This document shows positions 13,201 to 25,461 of a stretch of DNA of 64,000 bases, piece after piece. How positions within the stretch are numbered: the stretch's first letter is position 1; every line of letters begins with the position of its first letter. A program made the position numbers and the translations under genes. The stretch covers positions 160,830,001 to 160,894,000 of the forward strand of contig NC_086097.1 of NCBI RefSeq assembly GCF_963921235.1. The letters run 5' to 3'. The DNA is from Mobula hypostoma (Eukaryota). Under the pieces are notes generated by a model. That model saw nothing but the letters and a program-made list of their open reading frames with translations, did no database searches and was not told the DNA's origin.

Positions 13201-13821
13201 TTCCTTTGCACCTATTCCTATCTCCCATCATGATGTACAGTACTCTCGGGTTCCTGTTGACCTACATTCCACCTTGTTCATTCTTGTCCACCATGATACA
13301 CACCAGCATCCCCTTAGGCTCCCTTACAATGGTCCATTCAGCATTTTGGAATGGAGCGAAAAGTCTTTTTTATAGATTGGAGGGGTAAACTTGAGTGCAT
13401 TTCAGTAGATTGCCTTAAACCAGCCAACTAAGATTTGGAGTATTCTGCGACCATTCCCCTGGCATCAAGGCATGACAATGAGTGTGTCAACAAACCTCTG
13501 AGCGAGCCAGAGGCAACTGCTTTTACTCATCCATGGAACACAGGAAACCAGCTGAGTGGATCTTCTGAGCCCCAGGCAGGATCACAGTGACAATTTTGGT
13601 GAATTCTGGGCTGGCCTGTGTCAGGTAATGTAATGGGTGGAAACATATGCATAATTTATAACCACCGACATTGAGTTGGAGTTCACTTTAAGAGGATGGT
13701 CTGATGTGATGACATAATGACATGAAGGGTTCTACCAAGCTCTCTGTGTTTGGTTGACAATAAAGTGAGTTGCTATGGTTTCCCTTAAACTTAAAATACC
13801 TCTGCCATTTTATCACCTACA
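10242..13821 (+). mobile_element. Decayed Ty3/Gypsy LTR retrotransposon with both LTRs
   Basis: LTRs 10242-10454 and 13619-13821 (TG...CA), 4-bp TSD CCAC (10238-41, 13822-25), PBS-like TTGGTGAC at 10455. RT 'YPIPHI...FSKVDL..SYHQVP...DIPKTAVIT.FGLFEF..MPF.LKNA' plus YLDD (~12073). RNase H start 'TDTSDYAAGAV' is followed almost at once by integrase-like sequence, implying an internal deletion. Domain order RT-RH-IN. Confidence 0.92.
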
Positions 13822-14099
13822 CCACCATTACAACTGCTATTCTAGAGACACAGTTTGTTCTGAAACTTCTACTAGGACGTTGTCTTGTCCCACCAAGTGA
13901 TCTCAGCCATTCCTAGATCTTGTAATGTGAAATGAAATTGGCTGTAGACCAGCTTCAGTGTCAGTGGAATCTCAGGGGACCCCCAAGATGGATCCTCAAC
14001 TCTGCACTTCTGGCTGAACATGCTTATGAAAGCTTATGCATTTTCCTTAGTTAAACTACTGGCTCTGCCTAGGACCACTTAATTCTACTATGGATCAGC

Positions 14100-14760
14100 A
14101 TTGGAAACTAATGAAAGTTGAGTCGGTTGTAAGAAACATTAGCATTCATTTTGAGAAGACTAGGATATAAAAACAAGGATGTAATACTGAAGCTCTATAA
14201 GGCAATGGTCAGACCACATCTGGAGTATTGTGAGCAGTTTAGAGGCCCATATGTAAGAAAGGATGTGTTGGCATTGGAGAGGATCCAGAGGAGATCTGCG
14301 AGATCATCCCAGGAATGAAAGGGTTAATGTATTAAGAGCATTTGATGGCTCTGGGCCTTCACTCACTGGAATTTAGAAGAATTAGTGGGGATCTCATTGA
14401 TGAGTATCAAATATTGAAAGGCCCAGACAGAGTGGACGTGGAAAGAGTGTTTCCAATGGTGGGAGAGTCTAGGACCAGAGAGTACAGCCTCAGAACAGAA
14501 GGACATCTATTAAAACAGATGAGGAGAAATTTCTTAAGAGTTTGGTGAATTTTGGAATTCATTGCTACAGGTAACTGTGAATTTTCTATCTCAGAGGATT
14601 GTGAAGGCTAGCTATATGAGGTATTTAAAGAGAAAACAGGTATTTTATTTTCAAAGGTGAGGAAATTGAAGGTTTATGGGGAACTGACATAGAAGAGGTC
14701 TGGAGCTAATCAACCAGGATCATGTTAAATGCAGGCCAGGCTAGAGGGGCTGAGTGGCCT
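14100..14760 (+). mobile_element. CR1 LINE 3' fragment
   Basis: 'LGLHSLEFRRISGDLI...LKG.DRVDVERVFPMVGESRTR' followed by CR1-like 3' UTR. Confidence 0.8.
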
Positions 14761-14845
14761 AATAATTATTTCATTGGTAACTGTGGAAGATTTTTTTGGG
14801 GCTCCTTGACAGTGTGCTGCACACCTTGAGCGTGCAATGCAACAC

Positions 14846-15484
14846 TTAGATTAGATTAGATTATGAGGACATGCAGTCCTCTTTTATTGTCATTTAGGAA
14901 TGCATGCATTAAGAAATGATACAATGCTTTTCCAGAATGATATCATGGAAACACATGACAAGCTAACTTAAAAACTAACAAAACCACATAATTATAACAT
15001 ATAGTTACAACAGTGCATAGCAATACCATAATTTGATAAGAACAGACCATGGCACGGTAAAAGTCTCAAAGTCTCTCGAAAGACCCATCATCTCACGCAG
15101 ACGGTGAACCTCCAGCACCGCTAACTTGCCGATGCAGCATACTGGAAGCATCCGACCACAGTCCGACTCCGAGTCCGTCCGAAAACTCCGAGCCTCCAAC
15201 CAGCTCTGCAACACCGAGCACCGAGCACCATCTCTGCTGAGCGTTCCGACCCAGGCCCTGGCAATAGGCAAAGCCGAGGATTTGGGGCCTTCCCCTTCGG
15301 AGATTCTCGATCGCGCAGTAGCAACGGCAGCGAAGCGGGCATTTCAGAAGTTTCTCCAGGTGTTCCTCCGTGCTTCTGACGGCTGTCTCCATCAAATCAG
15401 GATTGTGCACAGCCCCCTAGTTACACATACGATATTCATTCAGAACAGCCGCGCGCGCTACATCACGCTGCCATCTTCTCCTCC
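14846..15484 (-). mobile_element. Non-coding retroposon (SINE-like/non-autonomous) with (TCTAA)n tail
   Basis: Begins (+) with (TTAGA)n-TGAGGAC and ends GCCATCTTCTCCTCC (minus-strand 5' end GGAGGAGAAGATGGC). Shorter copies of the same end lie at ~9352-9389 and ~41850-42080. Confidence 0.65.
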
Positions 15485-18400
15485 CTTTATACTTGGGTTA
15501 GGCTTCCATTTGGCACAATCACTAACTTTGTGTTTTTGTGTTTACAATTATTAATGGTCAAAAACCTATACCATCATCAAAGAGTATGCTGGATCAGGAA
15601 TATCTTCCAAGTTTTCTAATGTGAAGTTCAATACACCAGGTATAGAATATACAAAACCAGTGCTCAGCCTGAAACAGAAAGACAACAAGGGCCAAAACAA
15701 GTTCATTAGAAGTACAAGGAAAGTGATTATAACATGTAATAATTGAAAAAGTAAAATTGGGGCAAACTGATAGTCAATATGGGGATGAAACATTCAAAGA
15801 ACTTTATCACTAAAATATAATAAATCTAAAACAGTGTGAAATGCTCGTTGTGGAACTCCCAGACAAGGAGTTACTCAGGTTGTTGAAAAAGAAATTGGGT
15901 TGACATGGAACAGTTCAGTATGAGAAGGAAGGAATAGAATTAAACCTTCATCAAGGCTTCAAGGAAATGACTTCGACTATTATCCTTGTTAACTATCAAT
16001 TTGTGCTGGATGTAAGGAACTGGATAATCATACAGTATATTCCAAACATATGTGTAACTGGAGTGGATTATTGTTATCACAAACTGAATCTTGAAGAAAA
16101 TCTACAGTGATAGAGTTTTACATCTTCATCCCAATAATCAGAATTGTCTAGGATTCCAGGTGTGCTTTCACCAAATTCCCGTTCAAATGCAGAAAGACAA
16201 TCTTATTGTTTCACTCTAATATTTTGGAATAAATCTTATTCTGTTCCCTCTTCCTTATTGTTTTCCAACATTTTTCTAATAACTAATATTAGGAAGTCAG
16301 CACTTCCAAGTGTTCTTAGTAGTTGTGGTTACTTATTTTCTCTCTCCTTCCTTTACAGAAAAACATCGTAATACTTGCTTCAAATCCATGGGGACCATTC
16401 CAAAAAAATAAGGAATTTTAGAAGATCACAACAAATTTTCATATAAAAGGAGGATTTCTTTTTTAGTTTATATTTTAAATTTCTACTGTAGCTTTCCTTT
16501 ATCTGTATTAATATTAAATCCTCCATCTCGTACAAACTTACTTCCTATGAATTTTACATGTTTTTGTATTTTCTCCTATGAAAATAGCATCATTTTTCTA
16601 CATCGTCTCTCCTGTTTCAACTTGTAAGTACACATGCTTACTTTTGCAATTTGTTTTTACATGGATCTTATCAATCTATTGGGTTTAATATTTCTTGCAG
16701 GCGTATTCTTTTTTATAATCTCCATTTACCATTTCTTCCTTATATTTTACTTATTTGTAAAAGTCTCTTCCTCTTGCTAACATTGTAGAGAAATCATAAA
16801 CTCATTTTAATTCAAATCTACTTTAAGCCTATTTAGTAAGCCACAGGCTGATCCCCTTTGACATGAAGACTTGATTTTTCAATAACAATAGGTTGAGAAT
16901 TATGAATTATTTCATATTAGCAAATTAAATGAACATTCTCAGAAGCATAGCTCAGTCTTTGCACTTAATACTATCTTAGGCTTCGTATATTGAAAGGTAA
17001 GTTAAAGGTTGCCAGACTAAACTGCTTAATCCAGGTTTTACATTCAGTGGTAGAACTCCTGGTAAAAACAATATATCGAGCAAAACAACACAGCAGAGAT
17101 GGAAGTAAATTCAAAATGGAACTAAACTATTTGAGCTTCCAACCTTATATCTGGCCATCATGAAAACTGTTCCCTGCCACACTAACAGTGTCTGAATTAA
17201 AAATAGAAAATGTTGAACGTGCTTAACGAGCTGGACAGTATTTATGAAGTTAAAAAAACAGTTATTAACTATGTTTCAGATTAATGATATTTCATCAGAG
17301 TTGATAAGTTGATAAAGGATTTTCAATATGAAATTTTACATGTATTTCTCTCACCATAGATATCTCCTGGCTTGCTGACTGCACTGTAAGTGCATTCAAA
17401 CATGTTTTATTTTAACCTCCAGATCTGATTATCTGATTTCTTCAGACTAGCTTCTCATCTTCCACCTTTTGTAAATTTTAACTCTTCTACTTCTACTGCT
17501 CATGTCTATCTCACACCATACCTGCTCACTTCTACTCTTGATCCAAACTGGCCAATCAATAATTTGAAAATACATTTTCATATGTTGAAATCACTGCATA
17601 GACCTATCCTTCAGAATGATTAAGTGACTGGGGAAAGATCTGATGACTGGGCAAAGATCTGATGACCGGGGAAAGAAGAGCATGAATCCGACAAAGATCT
17701 TCAACCTGAAACATCAACACTGTTTTCTCTTTCCACAAATGCTGCCTGACCTGCTCAGTGTTTCGAGTAATCTCTACGCTTCATTCAGGTTTTCTGTATC
17801 TGCGGTTTTAAAAAATATTTTTTCATGAAATTATCCATTTAGGCAAGTAAATTAAAGATTCACACTATCTTAATGATGAGAGATTGCAGTGCTCGGAGTG
17901 GAATCAGAGCATGATATGCAAAAGTTTAGTTATAAATGCACCAAGGAAACAAAAATGTTCATAAAAACTTTTGTTCATTGTTAGGGTAATTGGAAAATCA
18001 GAGAGGTTATGCTTCAGTTGTATGAAGCAATGTTGAGACTGGAAGTGAGTACAGTCTACTGTACTGGCCTCCTTTTTAAAGGAAGGATCTAAACAAATGG
18101 TTCACTGGACCAATACCTGGAATATGCAGTAAGAACAGAACACACTGGGAAATACTCAGCAAGTCAGGCAGCATCGGCGGAGAAGAACAGACAGTCAACA
18201 TTTCGGGCTGAGGCCCTTCATCTTGCGGGATTCCATGAACTCATCTTGGAACTGCTGTTGGGGTCCCTAATGATTGAGCCTGAGATTCTGTAGAGGTTGC
18301 AGGACCATTTTCCAGCCCATCCTATGATCAATTAAGACCCAGAATCAACAGTTCATTTCTACATTCCCCCCACCAGAGATGCTACCTGTCCTGCCGAGTT

Positions 18401-18799
18401 CTTCCAGCATTTTGTTTTTTTTTGCTTCAGGTTTCTGCATCTGAGTCTCTTATGTCTTGTGTCTCTATAGTTTACCCTGTCATTTTCACCTCCTCTAGCT
18501 GAGTGATATCTATACTTTATTTGCTAAAATAAAAGAATTTTATTTTCCTTTTGTAACGTTTACATAGAACACTACGTTTAAAATACCATTCAACACTCTC
18601 TCCATCAAATTTACTGAAAAAGTATTTCTGTTTTCAAAATAAAACATGTCATTAAAAGTGTCTCCGAAAATTCTGCAGTGTTTGAGGCTTATAATGGAAT
18701 ATAATGTCTCTATTAAATGGTAAACTTTGAGTGAAACTTTTAGATTAAAAAAAGTTGTCAGATTGAATTCTCAAATGAACTGGTATTTTTTTTTAAAAT

Positions 18800-19540
18800 C
18801 TCGGGAGGGATCGAAACAGACTGCGAATTTTCCGGAGGCTCGGGGGAGAAAAGCAGCCTTAATGTCTAAGCTGAATCCAAGGTAACGGGACCAAGGCGGA
18901 GTTAGCAACGTTAAACGAGAGCACACTGAGGGTCCGGATTGGTGCCAATCGGAAAAAAAAATTGCCATCAGCGCCATCTACCTGGGCACACAGTGGCACA
19001 AACCCAGGCTGAGAGAAAGGGGAGCAATTCTAAAGTGGAGTTCTGGACTGGAGGAGCAGCTCAGATGGGAAAATGTCCGAGACGAGTTCTACCAGCTCTG
19101 GGTCTACTGCGGGTTCAGGCAGTCGTGTTTTACAGCTGGCGAGCAGAGGAGAATGGACAGCCCTGGAACAAGCTTTGAAAAGCATTGACAAGGGAGACCA
19201 GGACATCTCTCACACGGACGAAGTGAGCGACTTTTCTTCCCTCCCCACTTTTCACTCGTTCTAGGCATTGTTGCGGGTGCTTCGCTTACAGGCAACCAAT
19301 AATTCCCCAGTGGTATTCCAGTTCAAAGTCATATTTGTGTTTCGGCGGGAGGGTGAATTTTAACAAAAAGAGCAAATCGTATTTCAGCCGCTAGAATTGG
19401 AAGGTGCATGCTCCCAAGAACAACTGACTGACAAATACCATAGATACAGGTCGTACAATGACTTCATTAGAAGCGCAGCCGGCCTGTTAAAGGAAACTAA
19501 TTTGTTCTTAATGCAAGGTTGCAGTCACCAAGGTAACAAG
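18800..19540 (+). promoter_or_regulatory. Putative promoter/first-exon regulatory region of trpn1
   Basis: Visibly CpG/GC-richer than its AT-rich flanks and free of repeats. Inverted CCAAT pair at 18933-18953. X-box-like GAATCCAAGGTAAC (18873-18886) and GTCACCAAGGTAAC (19524-19537). Confidence 0.55.
19073..19222 (+). CDS. trpn1: Coding exon 1 of NOMPC/TRPN1-like ankyrin-repeat TRP channel (MSETSSTSSGSTAGSGSRVLQLASRGEWTALEQALKSIDKGDQDISHTDE)
   Basis: ATG at 19073 with A at -3 and an in-frame TAA upstream at 19031. 50 codons, then donor GAA|GTGAGC at 19223 (phase 0). The segment 'VLQLASRGEWTALEQALK' resembles the NOMPC pre-ankyrin segment as I recall it (VLxLAxKxEWTxIExxLK). Confidence 0.85.
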
Positions 19541-21000
19541 CCCATCAGGAACTTCTCGTTCTCAAAGGTCACTTAAAATGGATTGATTATTTTTTTCTGG
19601 AATTCTTTTGAACAAACTAATAATAAATTCAACAGAAAGGGGACACCTATATATCCTGCCATTTGTTCTGGTGTATTGGTCAAATGTGTGTAAGTAGGAC
19701 AGGTCTTGTAATGGGCATAATTTTGTAAGATGTAAGAACAGGAACCAAAGAGACTAGAAGAGAATGTAACGTTGGGAAAGTGGCCTTTAGTGACTTTGAA
19801 AGAGCTGTGAAAATCCAATTTGATATTGTAAAACAAAGGGACTAAGATTATAGGCTTTGATTAAATGTTTGTTTTTGCATATGGTAATCCTTTCTTGGCT
19901 TTTGAAACTAATTCTAATGTCATAGTAGACCTATTCCCCATGTGAAATGATGTCTTCTTCCTGACATACTCTCCAGTCTACTTTTGAATCAGCCATGAAA
20001 CCAAATCACTTTTTTCTGAAGTGGAATAATTCTATAGTGATTTGGTAATGGAGTTATCCATGTGTTCTGGCACATGGTTGCTTTACAAAATATAATTTGG
20101 TCAAATCTTGGTTGCAAAACTACCTATACCTTCAGTGACTACACGACATGGGTATATCATTAGTTGGAAAGAACATTGGGCTATCTCAAGATTGTTAAAG
20201 GCACAATATGGATGCGTCTTCCATCTGATGAGCTCACCACATCCTCTCCCTCCCCAGCTCTGGAAAGAGAGTGCACTTCACTCAAGAAAAGGATCTCTTA
20301 ATACTGTGATTAATAATGTTATTTTCTGCACAATGGAAATAAAGTCAGCTTTATTCGTTTAGAATATATTAAGTGGTTTTAAAAGCTGTATTTTCTAGGA
20401 GACCTATTATCTATTTTGTTATTTTTAATATAAATTATAAATGTCCATGGCATAAGCACTTTTCATGCTAAAATCTGAAAAGTTTCCCTAATAACAGTTC
20501 CCTCATAGCAGTTGCTTGATGAGCATGCATGAGAGTTAAGTTAATTAAAATTAAAATTTTAACCATATAGTTGTGTGTTTGCCATTGGAGAAGTGAGGCT
20601 ATTTGGACATGCATAGGAACTGATGTATACTGTTTAACTTTTTTTTCCTGTAACTTATTTCTGGTTCCACCTTCACATTAATTTATCCCATTCCTCTATC
20701 CTTATTTTGTCAGTAACTAATTGTGAGATTTTCCATTGACTTAGCTTTAACAAAGAGTCTCAATTTAATTCTTAACTATTTCTTACAAAAGTGACATAGG
20801 CCTTTGCATAACCTCACTGCTAAAATTATGCTCCCTTGGCCTCGACATAACCGTGTCAGAAATTTTTTCTCTATTTTAATCCATTCAGCTCCTGTATTTA
20901 TTTTAAACACCTCAATACAGATTTCTAGAATATAAAACAAGGATATAGTGAGGTAGTTATAAGGTATTTATCAGAATGTATTTGGGGTACAGTGTTGTGA

Positions 21001-22550
21001 ACCTGATGGTCTGCATCTCAGGGTACTTAAGGAGGTGGCTTTAGAAATCGTGGACGCATTGGTAATCATTTTCCAATGTTCTATAGATTCAGGATCAGTT
21101 CCTGTGGATTGGAGGGTGGCTAATGTTGTTCCTCTCTTCAAGGAGGGAGGAAGAGAGAAAACAGGGAATTATAGACCGGTTAGCCTGACGTTGGTGGTGG
21201 GAAAGATGTTGGAGTCAATTATAAAAGATGAAATTACGACACATCTGGATAGTAGTAACAGGATTGGTCCGAGTCAGCATGGATTTATGAAGGGGAAATC
21301 GTGCTCGACTAATCTTCTGGAACTTTTTGAGGATGTAACTATGAAAATGGACAAGGGAGAGCCAGTGGATGTAGTGTACCTGGACTTTCAGAAAGCCTTT
21401 GATAAGTCCCACATAGGAGATTAGTGGGCAAAATTAGGGCACATGGTATTGGGGGCAGAGTATTGACATGGATTGAAAATTGGCTGGTTGACAGAAAACA
21501 AAGAGTAGCAATTAACGGGTTCCTTTTGGAATGGCAGGCGGTGACCAGTGGGGTACCGCAGAGATCAGTGCTGGGACCGCAGCTGTTTACAATATATATT
21601 AATGATTTAGATGAGGGAATTAAAAGTAACATTAACAAATTTGCCGATGACACAAAGCTGGGTGGCAGTGTGAAATGTGAGGAGGATGTTATGAGAATGC
21701 AGGGTGACTTGGACAGGCTGGCTGAGTGGGCAGATGCATGGCAGATGCAGTTTAATGTGGATAAATGTGAGGTTATCCACTTTGGTGGTAAGAACGGGAA
21801 GGCAGATTATTATCTAAATGGAGTCAAGTTAGGAAAAGGGGAAGCACAACGAGATCTAGGTGTTCTTGTGCATTAGTCACTGAAAGCAAGCATGCAGGTA
21901 CAGCAGGCAGTGAAGAAAGCTAATGGCATGCTGGCCTTCATAACAAGGGGAATTGAGTATAAGAGCAAAGAGGTCCTTCTGCAGCTGTACAGGGCCCTGA
22001 TGATACCACACCTGGAGTACTGTGTGCAGTTTTGGTCTCCAAATTTGAGGAAGGACATTCTTGCTATTGAGGGAGTGCAGCGTAGGTTCACAAGGTTAAT
22101 TCCCGGGATGGCGTGACTGTCATATGTCGAAAGATTGGAGAGACTGGGCTTGTATACTCTGGAATTTAGAAGGCTGAGAGAGGATCTTATTGAAACATAT
22201 AAGATTATTAAGCATGTTCGTGCTAATGGGTGAGTCCAGAACCAGGGGCCACAGTTTAAGAATAAGGGGTAGGCCATTTAGAACGGAGTTGAGGAAAAAC
22301 TTTTTCACCCAGAGAGTGGTGGATATATGGAATGCTCTGCCCCAGAAGGCTGTGGAGGCCAAGTCTCTGGATGTTTTCAAGAAAGAGATGGATAGAGCAC
22401 TTAAAGATAGCGGAATCAAAGGTTATGGGGATAAGGCAGGTACTGGATATTGATTGTGGATGATCAGCCATGATCACAGTGAATGGCGGTGCTGGCTCGA
22501 AGGGCCGAATGGCCTACTCCTGCACCTATTGTCTATTGTCTATTGTCTAT
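21001..22550 (+). mobile_element. Young 5'-truncated CR1 LINE nested in an older CR1 fragment (intron 1)
   Basis: Well-preserved RT 'GNYRPVSLT', 'QHGFMKGKSC.TNLLE', 'DVVYLDFQKAFDK', 'SGVPQ.SVLGP', 'KFADDTKL', with few lesions. 3' tail (TATTGTC)n at ~22527-22550. Older CR1 sequence at ~20920-21000 resumes at 22551-23060. Confidence 0.92.
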
Positions 22551-23404
22551 TATATGTACAGAAGGTTGTGCTGGCATTGGAGAAGGTCCAGAAGAGGTGT
22601 GCAAGAATGATACCAGGGAAGAAAAGTGTTCCCATATGAATAGCATTTGATGGCACTCGGCCTGTATTCACTACAGTTTAGGAGAATGAGGAGGGATCTC
22701 ATTGAAGCCTACCGAATATTGAAAGGGAAAATGGAATGGATGTGGAGAGGATGTTTCCCAATAGCGTGAGAGTCTAGGACTAAAGAACACAACCTCAGAA
22801 TAGAATGATATCCATTTAGAGAACAGAGATGAGGAGAAATTTCTTTAGCCAGTTGTGAAACTCTGGAATTCATTGCCACAGACAACGGTAGAGGCCAAGT
22901 CATTGAGTATATTAGAAGCAGGGGTTGATTGGTGAAGGGCATTAAAGGTTACATGAGAAGGCAGGAGAATGGGTTTGAGACAGAAATTAAATCAGCTATG
23001 ATGGACTGGTGGAGCAAACTCGATCAGCTGAATGGCTGAACACTGTTCCTATGTCTTATGTTCCTTATTGCCTTTACCCAAGTGCTCATTCAATCCTCGT
23101 GTGTAAGTAGGAACAATGAGTGCCAGCAGAAATATCATGGAGGAACACAAAGCTCTCTGAACCTACTTTCAGCATCGGTTCCATGACAACCAGAGTTGGG
23201 AGTGCTGATTGCTTGAGCTTTCCTAATCCTGCAACACTGATGATAGTTGTGGAATTCTTAGTAGGATTCTAGCTGATGGACTATCTACCTCTGGAAAGAA
23301 CAGTGATTGAAATTGTGACTTGAACTTGATGACACTAACTTTCATGAAATTACATATCAAATAAACTGGCTTTTATAGATATTTTATTGTATTTTGATTT
23401 GTAG

Positions 23405-23506
23405 GAATCTGGTCTAACCCCACTTTTGATTGCTGTTCGGGAAAATAAATTGGCAATTGTGGAAAAACTACTTGAGTTAGGAGCCAATCAGATTGATCGG
23501 TCAAAG
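23405..23506 (+). CDS. trpn1: Coding exon 2 of TRPN1-like gene, one ankyrin repeat (ESGLTPLLIAVRENKLAIVEKLLELGANQIDRSK)
   Basis: T-rich acceptor ...ttttgatttgtag|GAA and donor AAG|GTCAGT. 102 nt, phase 0-0, canonical ankyrin GxTPL...V..LL..GA. Not in the ORF track because it is short and lacks an ATG. Confidence 0.9.
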
Positions 23507-23732
23507 GTCAGTTTCATAATACTTACATGAACCAATCTACTATAGTGAGTGTGTATATATGAAAAATATAGTATTAAAATTACAAACTGGTTTAATCTAT
23601 AGCTGATATCAACAAGGATAATTGAGTGTAATATGCCTGCTAATTAATGTGATATTGGACTATGTTATCACTGGAAAAGGTATTCTAGCCTCTCACAGAA
23701 GTAAAAAAAACATACTCTCAAATCATAGAAAT

Positions 23733-25461
23733 AGTTGTGTATTTAATATTTCAGTTATCTTTGAGTAATATTGTAAATATATTGTTTGATTAAGCATTCT
23801 TGTTTATTTAAGTAATTCATTATAGGTTATATGTAAAAGTATGTGAATGGTATAGATCATCATACCACCAGGAGATAAGTGTGCATCTCACTAAAAGTAA
23901 AAATGAAACTAATGTACAGAAGCCATCCTGGCTTTGTACAGAATTTATAGAAGTGGACACTCCTCTGGACATATTCTCCCTAATGCAAATCAAAGGTCTC
24001 CCTATTTTGGCAGAGATGATTCAAAGGGTAAACAGAAAAGGCCCCACACTGTCTCAGATCTACACGACAACCAAAATGGCTGGAATGCGTAACAGAAACC
24101 CCAGTTCCCTCATTTTTACCAGTATTGGGATGAACTTGCTCCTTGACCAAGATTCCCTTGTGTGGGGATTGAGAGTTGTTTTACCATCCAAGCTATGTGT
24201 TGGAGGAGCTACATGCTGATCATCTAGGATGGACAAAATAAAAGTGTTGGTTCCAAGTTTTGTCTGGTGGCCTGGGACAGATCAAGAGATCGAGCAGCTT
24301 GCCAATATGCCCAGAAGATGCCAAGAGCAGTGCCTCTTCATCCCTGAGAATGGCCTGCATTGCCCTGGCGAAGGATTCATGTGGATTTTGCTGGACCGTT
24401 CACGGCACAAATTTCTTGGTAGTAGTGGACACAACTACAAAGTGGCCAGGAGTGTTCCCAATAGCTTTCACTACAGCCATGCACACTGTTGATGCATTGA
24501 GAAGCCTCTTCTCAGGGACTAGTGTTCCAGAACAGTTAGTCAATGATAATGGACCCCAGTTTTTTGTTTAGCAGTTTCAATCATTCCTGAAAATGAATGG
24601 AATAAATCATATTACATCTACACATCGAGCTACAAATGGCTTAGTGAGATGGTTTACCATAGTCTAAAGAGCACACTGAGATCAATGTCAGCAGAACACA
24701 AAATACTGACACTGAATCAGAAGCTCACTGCTGTCCTCCTTGCACGCCACAATGTAGCACACTGCACAACCAACAACTCATCAGCTATGCTGTTCCTGGG
24801 TCATCCCTTGTGTTTTCACTTGTATCTCCTTAAACCCAGTCTCAGGAGTATGCAGGACAAACAGCAGAGACAAATTGATGGCTCCTCAAAAAAGGAGGTT
24901 TGATGTTGCACTCCTGGACTACAGAGGTGATCAAAAGCGGGTACTTGGAAAGATTAAGGTCAGAAATAGACCACTGTCCTACACAGTGGATATTGCGTCT
25001 GATATTGTCTGGAGATGACACATGGCTGTCAGTTGGGGACAGCAGAGTCAATTGTTAGAGAAGGAAGGTGATCAGGGCCATCAGAAAGAAGCACTTCCTA
25101 CAGTCCCAGAGTCAACTCCTACAATCAACATGGAGGAGGCCCCTTAACCTACGATTGTTTTTCAGAGATTGAAATTCTGTCCATAAGTTTATAGTTCAGC
25201 AGGAAGAAGTGGTGCCTATTTTATATTTCAGTAATATTTGAGTAATATTGTAAATATATTGTTTGATTAAGCATTCTTTTTTATTTAAATAATTCATTAC
25301 AAGTTATATGTAAAAGTACGTGAATAGCATACATAATCATGCCACCACTTCATACGTGTGCGTCCGCTATGAGTGAAAATGAAGCTAACATGCACAAGAT
25401 AGCCTGGCTTCATGTTTTTGCTTTCATTTAGTTTGATGTTTTTGAGTTACAAAACATAACA
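23733..25461 (+). mobile_element. Internally deleted Gypsy-type LTR element (integrase only)
   Basis: Direct repeats ~23733-23935 and ~25210-25461, ending CATAACA. 5-bp TSD GAAAT (23728-32, 25462-66). Purine tract AGGAAGAAG at 25201. Integrase motifs 'H.DHLG..KIK....FVWWPG.D', 'W.RIHVDFAGP', 'FLVVVD..TKWP', 'DNGPQF'. Confidence 0.85.

Noticed and set aside
15005..15554. Several overlapping 70-140-aa ORFs / CpG island
   Set aside because: They lie within a GC-rich dispersed repeat, with no recognisable domain or splice support.
17625..17676. 19-bp tandem (tgactggggaaagatctga x~2.7) containing CTGATGA and GAAA
   Set aside because: No workable stem II/III or cleavage-site pairing. It is a short local duplication beside an old Penelope tail, not a ribozyme or CRISPR.
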